Shown: in pieces, positions 52,633-64,000 of the stretch | Numbering within the stretch: position 1 is the first letter of the stretch | Layout of the letters: every line of letters starts with the position of its first letter | Origin: Squalus acanthias | Taxonomy: Eukaryota | Length of the DNA stretch: 64,000 nucleotides | Reading direction: 5' to 3' | NCBI GenBank assembly: GCA_030390025.1 | Contig: CM059447.1 | Span: 3,286,001-3,350,000 of the forward strand | Translations under genes and position numbers: made by a program | The notes under the pieces: model-generated | What the model was told of the DNA's origin: nothing | Database searches by the model: none | What the model saw: only the letters and a program-made list of their open reading frames with translations

Positions 52633-52885
52633 AAGCGTCTTGAGCAGCAAAAACTATCTGCCACACCTAATTCTGCTGCCACTGCCTCTACAACCAACAG
52701 TACTGCTACCACTATTGCTACTCCCCAGAAGTTAATGGTAGGCTCCTTGGCAGGACAGGTCTCTCCAGGAACAAAAGTGGTATTTACCACTAAAGTGGGT
52801 TCACCAACTACAGTGACATTCCAGCCAAACAAGAATTTTCAGCAGAGTTTTGCTACCTGGATCAAGCAGGGCCAGACTGGGACAG
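52633..52885 (+). CDS. BPTF: BPTF internal exon O (KRLEQQK...FATWIKQGQTGT)
   Basis: aacAG acceptor, CAG|GTATGT donor; conserved TTKVGSP and NKNFQQSFATW. Confidence 0.95.
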
Positions 52886-53394
52886 GTATGTATCTCCGTG
52901 GGTGCAGTGCATTGGTATTCAAGAGAGTGAGCGATAAAGGAATGTGATCCTGAGTGTGATTGCATGCACAGCGAGTTCCTAATCTCAGCAGTGCCACCCA
53001 GCAGAAGCTAGGTTCTTCTCCACTGAAATGGGGTGGAAAATCCGATAACTTAATTTTTTTGTGTGAATATTTTTTGTTGTAATAGTGCTAATGACTTAAT
53101 CAGCAACACAGGCTGGAGGAAATTCTGAATTGGAGAGAACTAAATTAACATCAGTTCAGATTCCATTAACCTGGAAGGCTTCAACATCACTTTTTACCTA
53201 TTAGTTTTGCTCCCTCACATTGCTGGATCGGGCAGCTTCACTAATCCAGTTCGTTCAATATCCTCAGCATTCATAGTTTGACAAAATAATGCATACTTTT
53301 GTCTTTTTGACTCAGCGAGTAACTTGCAGTGTACCGGATCAATTAGTGTAATGGTGCAGTGTGGTACGGAGCCACGCAGACCCAGTTTAACTGA

Positions 53395-53500
53395 TATAAA
53401 AACAGAACATGCTGGAAATACTCAGGAGGTCAGGCAGCATTTGTGGGGGGAGAGAAGCAGAGTTGACGTTTCAGGTCAATGACCTTGCATCAGAACTGGA
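53395..53500 (-). mobile_element. Penelope-like pseudo-LTR fragment with degenerate hammerhead (53461-53497)
   Basis: Homologous to about 61820-61920. Minus strand reads AGUU-CUGAUGC-A-AGGUCAUUGACCU-GAAA-CG-UC-AACU. Confidence 0.72.
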
Positions 53501-54100
53501 CAGCAAGTTCTGGTCTCACCTGGCATTGTGTTGAGGGCCATACAATTGGCCTCTGTCACAGGGCTGAGGGGGAAAATTGGACAAAGTTCCAGCTCTGGAT
53601 CACTATCCAGTGGTCACTGCTTAAAAGTTGTATCTTTGTGTGCATCAAGAGCAGCTGATACATATGTGATGAATGTATTGGTCTTACTGCTTGGAAATAA
53701 AAAGACCTGGATAATACATGCAACTTTTCCTAAAAGATAACTTTATAAAAAAATCCTGGATTAAAATAAGTACTTTGATTTTTGTAGGCGGTTGGTCAGA
53801 ATATTAAAATAGCTTTTTTAATCTATTTACCATAACGTATTTCTTTGTTCAGCCACTAGATAGGCGTTAATCTCACGCAAACACACTTTTTCAGTAAATG
53901 ACTTGCCTTTTTGTTTAGTTTTAATCTAATTCTATTCAGAATTTTAATACCAGCCAAGTTTTGATTTAGTCATATGAAAGTTCAACAACTGGCTCCTCTT
54001 CCTCATTCGAGACCTGTTCACGAGTCTAAGTCTCAGAAGGCGAACAAAGCAATGAAAGCCTAAGTGTTATTTATTTCTCTCGCTGTCCATTTTCTGCTAG

Positions 54101-54265
54101 TCACCAGCACAGTTGCCACCACAGGTACAACCATTGCCACCACGGGTCAGACGTTCCAGATCACAGGCAGTCCAGTAACCATGACGGGCAAGGTGATAAC
54201 TGCCAAGCTTCCACTCCCCGCGAACAGCAAAATCCTCACCGTCAACGTGCCAACCACTCAAGGAG
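54101..54265 (+). CDS. BPTF: BPTF probable cassette exon P (VTSTVATTG...KLPLPANSKILTVNVPTTQG), phase 1-1
   Basis: tttctgctAG acceptor, GAG|GTAGGG donor, 165 nt open in the required frame. Thr-rich like its neighbours and CpG-retaining. Confidence 0.85.
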
Positions 54266-55471
54266 GTAGGGTGGAGTGTGTGTTATTTCGTAATTTGTGT
54301 TATGGAGAGTCCTGTGATTTAAAATGTGCACCAGTGTCTGCTAGAATATAACTAGGGCTCCAAAATCTGTGCCCTTTTTTTTTTACTGTATCTATAAAAT
54401 GATATTCATTATTGTGTGTTATCCATTTTTCTCCTTTGTTTTTAACTTTATACACTGAACTTGGATGAGTGGGTAAAACTGCTGACTTCTCTCTGACCTC
54501 TGACAGCAGCAAGGAGTGGAGCGGGGCTGTTGTGACCTGTAGTGGTAGCCCTGTTTATTTTCCTTTACCAAAGATTGGCAGCCCTGCTCTGGCAGGAGAA
54601 GGAACAGTGACCCTCCATTTGAATGTCACCAGAAGGTGTATTTCAAACTTGAGTTTCCAAGTCTCCAGCACAGTGCATTAATGCATCTCAAAATTGTGAT
54701 TGAAAATCCAGAGTTTCTAAGCAATGCACACAAGAAACCATAAACTTAGCCTTTTGTTGTCGCTGCATTGTTAATATGGACCTATGATATTAGGCTGCTG
54801 GTCCAGACTTGGTATGAGTACTCATAATGTATATTTGAAATCAAACTCCAGGAGTTTACACATGCTACTAATTACAGTTGTATAACACATTCAGAATTGC
54901 TGCAAAATGCTTCCACTGTTGCTGCAAGTGATGCCAACTTGTTAAGATTTTTTAAGCTTGAAAGCTCAAAGGCATTCCAGCTGACTGCTTCGGCTCCTTT
55001 TTATAAAAGGGAAGAGCAAGTGGAAAATTCTACTCACTGGCACGTGCATGAAGTATGCATATGTCGAGCTCTGCTTTCCCTTGAACGTAAGTGCTACCTG
55101 ATGGCATATCTCTCAATCATGCTGGTGTAAAACCAATTGGTGCAGTACAACTGCATTTTTACATGCAGGCTGGTTTCTGAAGAGCAGTGTTCCTTTTGAA
55201 AACTCACAGAAAGTGGATCATTGCAGTACAGCGGAGTGCATCAGTATTCTGTACACATTTCATTCAGCGTTCAGAACCCTGAGGCCACGAAGAACCTGGA
55301 TTTTTCCAATAGGCAGTGTCCAAGAAGGTTGCATTTTCCCCCTGACAGAGTCAGAGATATGCCAGCTCTTGGAACCTGGCTTGCAGCCTCTTTGCACCAG
55401 AGGCACCGCTTTGTCTAGCTGTGACGGTGACAACAGAACTTTTATGCATTCGGATGCTTCTCTGGTGATGG

Positions 55472-55803
55472 TAAGAAAGAAAGACTTGCATTTATATAGC
55501 GCCTTTCACGACCACCGGACGTCTCAAAGCGCTTTACAGCCAATTAATTACTTTTTGAAGTGGAGTCACTGTTGCAATGTAGGAAACGCGGCAGCCAATT
55601 TACGCACAGAAAGGTCCCACAAAACAGCAATGTGCTAATGACCAGATAATCTGTTTTTTTGGTTGAGGGATAAATATTGGCCAGGACACCGGGGATAACT
55701 GGAGTGTCAACCTAGCTTTGTGCTCAAGTCCCTGGAGTGGGACTTGAACCCACAACCTTCTGACACACAGACGAGTGTGCTACCCACTGAGCCACAGCTG
55801 ACA
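55472..55803 (-). mobile_element. SacSINE1-like SINE with internal deletion
   Basis: Head and tail match other copies; the central segment is missing near 55700. Confidence 0.85.
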
Positions 55804-56082
55804 CAGTAGTCACATTAGTCAGTTTATCACTGCATTAAAACACATCATCAATCCACTGTTCTTGCACACCTGAGTTCATCAGTTTCACACCGACACAGCA
55901 AAGCAGAGAGAAAGTGCTGTCCACTTCTTCCAAGTGGCTAAATTCTTACAAATGCAAGGTGCCATTGATGCCTCATCAAATTCATGAACAGGAAAGGAAT
56001 TAATTCCCTGCAAGTCCAGCTAGTGAGTGGTGCTGGCACCTCATTATGCATGTCCCATCTACACTACTTATTGTGCCACCTA

Positions 56083-56560
56083 ACTTAATGTCGCCAGCAA
56101 ACTTGGATATACAGCTCTCCATTCATTCATCTTGGTCATTGATAAAAATCGTGAAATGCTGAGGCCCCAGCACAGATCCCTGAGGGACACCACTAGTCAT
56201 ATCCTGCCAATTGGAGTACATACCTATTATTGCTACTCTCTGTCTCCTACCCCCTAACCAATTCCCTACCCATGTCAGTAGGTTGCCTCCAATTCCATGC
56301 ATTTAATTTTTGCTAACGGTTGCTTGTGTGGAACCTTATCAAATACCTTCTGGAAATCCATATAAATAACATCCATCGACATTTCCTTATCTACCACGTT
56401 CGTATCCTCAAAAAATTCAACTAGGTTAGTTATACATGACTTACCCTTTACAAATCCATTCTAGCTCTCTCTGATCAGTTTATATTTGGCCAAGTGCTCA
56501 GTCACACTGTCCCTAATAACAGATTATAGTAACTTCCCCACAACAGACGTTAGACTAATA
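56083..56560 (-). mobile_element. Old CR1 RT fragment
   Basis: Minus strand shows VDKGNVDGCYLYGFPEG / TSGVPQGSVLGPQ-like RT remnants, collinear with the 48.6-50.7 kb CR1. Confidence 0.75.
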
Positions 56561-56714
56561 ATTCTACATATTCAGTTTCTGCAATATCCCTTTGCCCTGA
56601 AACATAATCCAGCGACTCGTGTTTGCAGCTGTTTTACTAACGATATGCCATTGTCATTTGCATAGGTGGTGATTGTAATTGGTGTAAATTGAATGATTCT
56701 GCCCTTTTTTGTAG

Positions 56715-56860
56715 GTGTAGTTCAGGTGCAGCAGAAGGTTCTGGGAATCATTCCGTCAGGCACTACTTCCAGCCAGCAAACCTTTACTTCATTCCAGCCA
56801 AGGGGCACCACTGTAACTCTTCGACAGAATGCACCAGGTACAACAACCACCACTCAGCAG
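56715..56860 (+). CDS. BPTF: BPTF internal exon Q (GVVQVQQKVLGIIPS...TTTTTQQ)
   Basis: ttttgtAG acceptor; donor CAG|GTACAG with a second in-frame CAG|GTATTT at 56866; conserved QQTFTSFQPR. Confidence 0.94.
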
Positions 56861-58378
56861 GTACAGGTATTTATTATTCTTTTTGACTCTTACTTTCAAT
56901 CAGCATGCAAATATGTTTTGAATTGACATTTGATATAGGAAGTGATACTTGTACTTCTCATCAGTGTGGGAGTTGCAAAGCTCTGAACTAATTGTTGAAG
57001 GTTCCAAATTGGGTATCACCAATTTAAACTCTTTAATTTGCTTAAATATGCATGAAGACAGTAGCTAGGGCTTCCTGGATTTTGATAATTGACCATTCAA
57101 TTCACAAAGGACTGGCCAGTCATACACATAACTGAACCAATCATGCAGCATTGTTCTGTTTGAATTATGTAGCTCAGTACTTCTCTCAAGCCTGCAACCT
57201 CCAAGGCAAATGACCAAACCCCTCAACATTTGTATCATTTTAGGCTGGGGACATGTAGCTGCTGCTGGTTTTTAAACACCTTCGTATTGTCACTAACTTT
57301 AAAAATAATTGATTATTACACTACATACTTAGTGCTTCCCCAGGGTCAGGCAGCTCTAGAACTTTTCCCAGGCTCGTGTGAAATAATGGCCCCCCCCATT
57401 AAAATGAATGAAGCCTCTCTGGGATGTCGGTAGCTCCTGAAAACATATTGAGAAAGTACTTTTTCCTCCTTCGAAGGCTGTTTCAGATCCAACTCCTCTA
57501 TTTTGGTGTCTCTCTTTAATTAAGAACCACTAAAGTGCCATCTATTGTTTCCGTTCATCATTTCCCCTTCCAGTATCGCAGCCCTTTAAATCAGTGATCA
57601 TAGGCGTTGACTGCTTTGGTGCTGATCACTTTGGTACCATATCGACAAGGCTGGCTTCTTTGACCCTGATCAAATTAGATTCTTTCTTTTCTTCATAATA
57701 GATGAGCTACAGCATTAAATGGGGTTACAGTTAGGTGTTTGTTGCATTGGCTGTGTGTGCCTTTACAGCAGGTCTAATCTACCAGCACACCTCCAACAGA
57801 ACCTGGGTTACTATTATTTCTGTGCTCTTGCCATTTTCCCTCCTCCACACGAAGAAAGTTTGGGATGTTACAACTGAGAGCAATTTCCACCTCCCCAGAC
57901 TACTATACCCTTACCAGAGGTCTACGGCTATATTCCAGAACTTGAGATGACCATGAGACTGACTGGGATCAGAAGTAAATTCTTGAATGTCTCCCAGGCA
58001 CACTAATCAGTTGAAAGTGGCTCTTGTGACGTATAACATCATGTCTTTTTGGATGTTCCTCAGTCAGCTTCAGTTGAGTTCAGACTTGCAGTTCATACAG
58101 CCTTGTTTGTCCTGTCACAATCAAATAGTTATTGGACATTTTGAGCTCGTTCACCTTGTGGGTTACCAGGTTTGGGAGAGGTGGGTGGAGGGGAGAATCA
58201 ACAAATTTTATATAATTTCAGTAGTTAGGTGGGAGCTGGTTGGTTTTGATGTGTTTTATTTTGTTGGGCAATGGCTCTAAGAATTCAGAAGTTCTTTTAT
58301 GCACATGCTCTGGTGATACTGTTATTTGGCATTTGCATTACCGTTTGGAAATTAATGTATTTTAATGTTTTATGCCAG

Positions 58379-58499
58379 GTTCTCACAACAGGAGGAGCGA
58401 CACAGATACGTCCTGGTGTTACAGTTATAAGAGCACCTTTTCAGCAGACAGCAGCCCTTGGGAAAACTATTATCCGTACGCCTTTGATGGTACAGCAAG
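58379..58499 (+). CDS. BPTF: BPTF internal exon R (VLTTGGATQIRPGVTVIR...IIRTPLMVQQ)
   Basis: gccAG acceptor; donor AAG|GTATAC, or in-frame A|GTAGGT at 58514; conserved QIRPG and LGKxIIRTP. Confidence 0.92.
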
Positions 58500-59874
58500 G
58501 TATACTCCCAGCCAGTAGGTTCACCTTTTATACTTCTCAAATTGCCAGTGTGGTGCATCAACCGATCCATTCGTGCTTCCCATCCATTATGCATGCTCAA
58601 TCATCTGTTCTGTTTCTGTCTTGTCGTCTTCTCTCTCATTTTGCACTGTTGATAGTCCTATTGCAGCCTTGTGGCGCTCCTCTACTTCACTTGCAGGTGA
58701 ACAAACCTGCTGTTCCATGTATCTTGGGGCTTGACTTTTCATAATCCACCAGTTCAGAGTTGGGACGAGATTAATAGAAAAGAAATTAAAAGTTTATTTT
58801 TTTTTACAAATTAGCACAAGAAGTTGCTTTCTTGAGCAAATCACAGCTCAGGCTGTGGTAACAAAACGTTTGTGAGCACGCTTGTATTACACTAATAAAT
58901 GTAGCAAATTCCAAGCAGACACCTCAACATGAAGCCTACTTTGTGTCTCTGGGCCACGTGTCTCCAGAAGGTGGGCAACTTGCTTCAAGGACTGTAACAA
59001 TGTCTGTTGTGTTAAGTACAAGCAGTCCAGAGAGGAGACTTTCTCCAAGTTTCCTTCTGCTGATCTGGCTTCCACTCAGTGCCACTCCACAACAGTCTGG
59101 CTGAGCTCAGTAACTCTGCAGCAGTAAACCTATGTCCTTGTTGCTGGAGGACGAGCATGTTTAATTTACTGCAGCAGATGCACAAAAAATGCAATTTTCA
59201 GTTGTATCTAATCATTCAAGTCCGTGTATTTAATGTGTTAGTCACGTGTTTGAAGATGCGGGTGTGCTATTCTTCCCATTGTTTTTCCCTTTACAGTTAA
59301 CTGGCAATAAGTCTGCTACAACGCCACAACAGCCATCTTTAACACGGAGTGCCAATACTGAAGGCTAATAGTTTTTATTAGAATTCTATGGCTAAAAAAT
59401 GTCTGATTTGTCAGATTTTTTAAAAACTGAATTCTGGTCAGTACCATCGTGGTGCAGTGGTTTGATGCCAGGACAGATGTTTGTGGGCCCTCTGGGGATT
59501 GAGGTGCGGGGAAGAAACTGCTTACACAAGAATTCCAAATAGAGCAATAGATATGACTAGTCAAAGTCATATCAGTAATGTGTTCATACATGCAAGTCTA
59601 TCCTGACATTTATGTGTAGGCATGCGTGTATGCATTTATTGTGTGGAATGGAGTATAGTGTGTACACGTATTTTCTGGAAAGATTGCCTGCTCTCTGGTA
59701 GTGTGGTGCATGTGATAGTTGCAATTGCTCATTCTGTTGAATGTGATGAGAGTGCCGTGCAGCCCACTCCTCTCAGAACACGGGCTAGAGATTGCCTTTG
59801 AAGCCGTTTACTAGAAATACGATAAACAAAAATGCTTATCCTAGCATGTCACAATATGATTGTTAAAAAAATAA

Positions 59875-61678
59875 GGCATATGTATTTAAAAAGGAAGAGA
59901 GTAGCAAAAGTAAGCATTGGTCCATTAGAGGCTGAGACAGGTGACATAATGGGGAATAAGGAAATAGCAGAGACTTTAAACAAATAATTTGTATCTGTCT
60001 TCACAGTAAAAGACACAAAAAGCATACTAAAAGTAGTGGGGAATCAAGGGGCTAATAAGAGTGAGGAACTTAAAGTAATTAATATCAGTAGAGAAAAAGT
60101 ACTTGAGAAAATAATGGGACTAAAAGCCGACAAATTCCCCTGGACCTGATGGCCTACACCCTAGGGTTCTAAACGAGGTGGCTGCGTAGATGGTGGATGC
60201 ATTGGTTGTGATCTTCCAAAATTCCCTAGATTCTAGAACGGTCCCAGTGGATTGGAAGGTAGCAGATGTAACCCTGCTATTCAAGAAAGTAGGGAAGAGA
60301 GAAAACAGCGAACTACAGGCAAGTTAGCCTGACATCAGTCATCGGGAAAATGCTGGAATCCATTATTAAGGAAGTGGTAACAGGGCACTTAGAAAATCAT
60401 AATATGATTAGGCAGAGTCAACATGGTTTTATGAAAGGAAAATCGCGTTTAACAAATGTATTAAGAGTTTTGAGGATGTAACTAGCAGGATAGATAAAGG
60501 GGAACTAATGGATGTAGAATATTTGGATTTCCAAAAGTCTATCGATAAGGTTGCCACGCAGGATAAGGGCTCATGGGGTTGGGGGTAATATTTAGCGTGC
60601 TAGAGGATTGGTTAACGGACAGAAAACAGAGAATAAGGATAAACGGTTCATTTTCCGGTTGGCAGGCTGTAACTAGTGGGGTGCCGCAAGGATCAGTGCT
60701 TGGGCCTCAGCTGTTTGCAATCTATATTAATGACTTAGATGAAGGGTCCGAGTGCCATGTATCCACGTTTGGTGACGATAAAAAGCTAGGTGGGAAAGTA
60801 AGCTATGAGGAGGACACAAAGAGCCTGCAAAGGGATATAGACAGGTTAAGTGAGTGGGCAATAAGGTGGTAGATGGAGTATAATGTGGGGAAATGTGAGG
60901 TCATTCACTTTGGTGGGAGGAATAGAAAAACAGAATATTTTTTAAATGGTGAGAAACTATTAAATGTCGGTGTTCAGAGAGATTTGGGAGTCCTAGTACA
61001 GGAAACAGTTAGCATGCAGGTACAGCAACCAATTAGGAAGGCAAAATGGTATGTTGGCCTTTATTGCACGGGGGTTGGAGTACAAGAGCAAGACGTCTTA
61101 CTACAATTGTACAGGGCTTTGGTGAGACCACACCTGGAGTACTGTGCACAGTTTTGGTCTCCTTATCCGAGAAAGAACTTGGAGGCGGTGTAACACAGGT
61201 TCACTAGATTGATCCCTGGGATGAGAGGGTTGTCCTTTGAGGAGAGATCGAGTAGAATGGGCCTATACTCTCGAGTTTAGAAGAATGCGAGGTGATCTCA
61301 TTGGAACATAAGATTCTGAGGGGGATTGACAGGGTAGATGCTGAGGTTGTTTTCCCCCCTGGCTGGAGAGTCTACAACTAAGGGGCATAATCTCAAGATA
61401 AGGGGTCGGCCATTTAAGACTGAGATGAGGAGGTATTTCTTCATTCAGAAGGTTGTGAATCTTTGGAATTCTCTACCCCAAAGGGCTATGGATGCTCAGT
61501 CGTTGAGCATATTCAGGGCTGAGATCGATAGATTTCTGGACTCTAGGGGAATCGAGGGATATGGAGATCGAGCGGGAAAGTGGAGTTGAGGTCGAAGATC
61601 AGCCATGATCTTATTGAATGGCGGAGCAGGCTCGAAGGGCCGTATGGCCTACTACTCCTCCTAATTCTTATGGTCTTG
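59875..61678 (+). mobile_element. CR1 LINE remnant (RT to 3' UTR), frameshifted
   Basis: ORFs with [39 protein letters not shown]; CR1 3' UTR GATCAGCCATGATCTTATTGAATGGCGGAGCAGGCTCG. Confidence 0.92.
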
Positions 61679-61786
61679 TATCCAAAAGTCCCCCAACTCT
61701 CATCTCACCTGAAGTTGATTCATGTTGGGAATGGTTCCTGGGCACTGACTGCCAGTACCACACCAAAGTGATGGTGCTTCATATGA

Positions 61787-62617
61787 GAGCAAAATACTGC
61801 GGATGCTGGAAATCTGAAATAAAAACAGAAAATGCTGGAAATACTCAGCAGGTCAGGCAGCATCTGTAGAGGGAGAAACAGAGTTAACATTTCAGGTCGA
61901 TGACCCTTCGTCAGAACTGGAAAAAGCTGGAGATGGAACAGGTTTTTAAGCAAGTGTAGGGGCAGGGAAAGGGGGGAGGGGAGGAAAGAACAAAAGGGAA
62001 GGTCTGTGATAGGATGGAAGGCAGGAGAGATTAAGAGACAAAAGGGATGATGGTGCAAGGCAAAAGGAGATGGTAATGGGACAAGTTGAGAAACAAAAGA
62101 TGGCTCTAGATGATGTGTAAATGGCACTGGCAGAGTGAAAGACAGCTGCCATGTGAGAGAAAAATAAATAAATAAATGGGGGGGAAAAAGATAGGGGCAG
62201 AGGTTATGGTCTGAAATTGTTGAACTCGATGTTGAGTCCAGAAGGCTGTAAAGTGCCTAATCAAAAGATGAGGTGCTGTTCCTCGAGCTTACGTTGAGCT
62301 TCATTGGAACAGTGTAAGAGGCCGAGGACAGTGAGGTCTGAGTGGGAGTGGAGCGGAGAATTAAAGTGACAGGTGACCGGAAGCTCGGGGTCACCCTTAG
62401 GGACTGACGGAGGTGTTCCGCAAAGTGGTCACCCAATCTGCGTCCAAAAATCTCTCTATCTCAGCCTTGAATATGCTCAACGACTGAGCATCCACAATGT
62501 AGAGGAGACCGCATTGTGAGCAGCGAATACAGTATACTAAATTGCAAGAAGTACAAGTAAATCGCTGTTTCACCTGGAAAGGAGTGTTTGGGGCCCTGGA
62601 CAGTGGGAAGGGAGGAG
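61787..62617 (-). mobile_element. Penelope-like element 3' fragment: GIY-YIG endonuclease remnant plus pseudo-LTR
   Basis: Minus strand translates ...QRFTCTSCNLVYCIRCSQCGLLYI...RLGDHFAEHLR...HFNS...RKLEEQHLI...LQPSGLN (Penelope GIY-YIG), followed by a hammerhead-bearing tail. Confidence 0.85.
61882..61918 (-). ncRNA. Minimal hammerhead ribozyme-like motif in Penelope pseudo-LTR
   Basis: Minus strand reads AGUU-CUGACGA-A-GGGUC-AUC-GACCU-GAAA-UG-UU-AACU. Stem III AUGU looks like a CpG-decayed ACGU palindrome. Confidence 0.68.
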
Positions 62618-63313
62618 CCTAGACGGCATCTGTTTGGCGTTTGGGTACATCCTGACCAAACTCAATCAGTCCTCTCTGATATTCGTATGTGTTCATTTTC
62701 CTCAGTTACTGGGCACTGGTTAGTGATCAAAAGCAGGCGCCTGGCTTATTTTTAATTCTCCCACCCATGTAACACATTGGTCATTGAAGTACTAATTGTA
62801 ATGGTCCCACTGTTGCATTCATGGTTTTGTCTTAAATGTGTGTTTATCCACTTTCTTCACTTGTGGCCTACAGTTTTATAGGTCCTCCTTCAGTGACCAG
62901 GACTTGGGAATTCAGACTCTGACCACCTCACTAGAATCATAGTTTTACACAGCAGGAGGAAACCATTCGGCCCATTGTGCCTGTTCTGGCTCTAGGAAAA
63001 GAGCTATCCACTTAGTTCAGTTCCCTCATCCTTTCTCCAATCCTCTCAATTTCTTAAGTATTTAATCACTTTTCTTCCCTTTCTGATATAGCTTCATAAA
63101 TGGATGTCACAGGGTTATCGGCACTAATCCAAGAATGGGTATTTGTTACATTTAAATGAATTCAAAGTTGAACTAGGTTTGCTAAAGTTTAAACTATTGG
63201 AATAACAATACTTCCAATATTGGAAGCAGAGGAACAGAATGTTCATTTATAACAAGGGACTGACTGAACGAGTCTTAACAGGCTTTAATGCAGCTGCTCT
63301 ATTTGCTTTCCAG

Positions 63314-63549
63314 CTCAAAACCAACAAGTTGTCACTCAGATTATCCGTGGACAGCCCGTAACAACTGTGTCAAGTACGGGTAATTTGGTTCAAAGCTCAA
63401 CCCAGAAGATGGTGACCGCTCCAAGCACGCCTATGCAACCTATCCAAAGTCGGCCTGCCACGCCACAAGGCCAGCAGCCAGCCCAGCGGCCACAACAGGG
63501 ACAGGTCCGATTAACAATGGCACAGCTCACCCAACTCACACAAGGACAG
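63314..63549 (+). CDS. BPTF: BPTF internal exon S (QNQQVVTQIIRGQPV...QQGQVRLTMAQLTQLTQGQ)
   Basis: tttccAG acceptor, CAG|GTAAGA donor; conserved TQIIRGQPV and LTMAQLTQLTQG. Confidence 0.96.
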
Positions 63550-63749
63550 GTAAGAGTTGCGCGGTTTTATCACGAAAAGAGGGAAACCATTACATGTAGG
63601 AATACTACACCATATACAGTGCAAAAACATTCTCTTTTTATTATATAAAACAGAAACCTTAATTTGCTAGTTTAACCTTTACTTATTTATAAATCATGAG
63701 GGCAAGTAGCTTAAATTCTATGTAATCTATGTACTGTTTCCACTTGTAG

Positions 63750-64000
63750 GGAGTGCAAAACTAGAGGCCATCAATGTAAGATAGTCACCAAGAAACCCAA
63801 TAGGGAATTCAGAAGAAACTTATTTACCCAGAGAGTGGTTAGAATGTGGAACTCGCTACCACACGGAATGGTCGAGGCGAATAGTATAGATGCATTTAAG
63901 GGGAGGCTAGATAAGCATATGAGGGAGAAGGGAATAGAGGGTTATGCTGATAGATGAGGAAGGATGGGAGGAGGCTCGAGTGGCGCATGAACGCCGGCAT
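63750..64000 (+). mobile_element. CR1 LINE 3' fragment (runs off window end)
   Basis: Closely matches the reverse complement of about 48630-48870. Confidence 0.85.

Larger units (their letters stand above)
13833..63549 (+). other. BPTF: BPTF gene, partial (19 internal coding exons; gene extends beyond both window ends)
   Basis: Exons splice in frame with GT-AG boundaries and matching phases. The translation contains BPTF hallmark motifs: RLRNPDSKLSQLKS, FKLGQEGKYRVY, WVKYTFPVKHQVWKQKGEEYR, SGTALPSYRKF, WPYPSPRPTFG, LTMAQLTQLTQG. Confidence 0.97.

Noticed and set aside
1-64000. A novel multi-gene or prokaryote-type system
   Set aside because: All long coding signal is explained by BPTF exons and retroelement debris; no operon-like structure or second gene was found.

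Overview
Eukaryotic (vertebrate) genomic DNA, most likely from a shark or other cartilaginous fish. That assignment is inferred from the repeat content: many CR1 LINEs, SacSINE1/Deu-type SINEs and Penelope-like elements. The whole window appears to lie inside one + strand gene, BPTF (NURF301 orthologue, largest NURF subunit). I traced 19 internal GT-AG coding exons from 13833 to 63549 with consistent intron phases (5669 nt, about 1890 codons), including a 2.4-kb exon. The N-terminal DDT/PHD1 exons and C-terminal PHD2/bromodomain exons lie outside the window. Introns contain CR1 and L2-type LINE fragments, tRNA-headed SINEs, Penelope-like remnants and small DNA-transposon MITEs. I see no novel multi-gene system, and most short ORFs in the track are noise or LINE debris. 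Best leads: (1) Penelope-derived minimal hammerhead ribozymes, all antisense to BPTF, one intact inside a 70-bp hairpin; (2) a candidate 31-nt poison microexon and other candidate alternative exons; (3) a 12-aa tandem repeat in the giant exon; (4) an inverted CR1 pair around a phase-0/0 exon block; (5) twin young CR1 copies with a doubled 3' UTR. Family names and human BPTF comparisons are from memory, not from a search.
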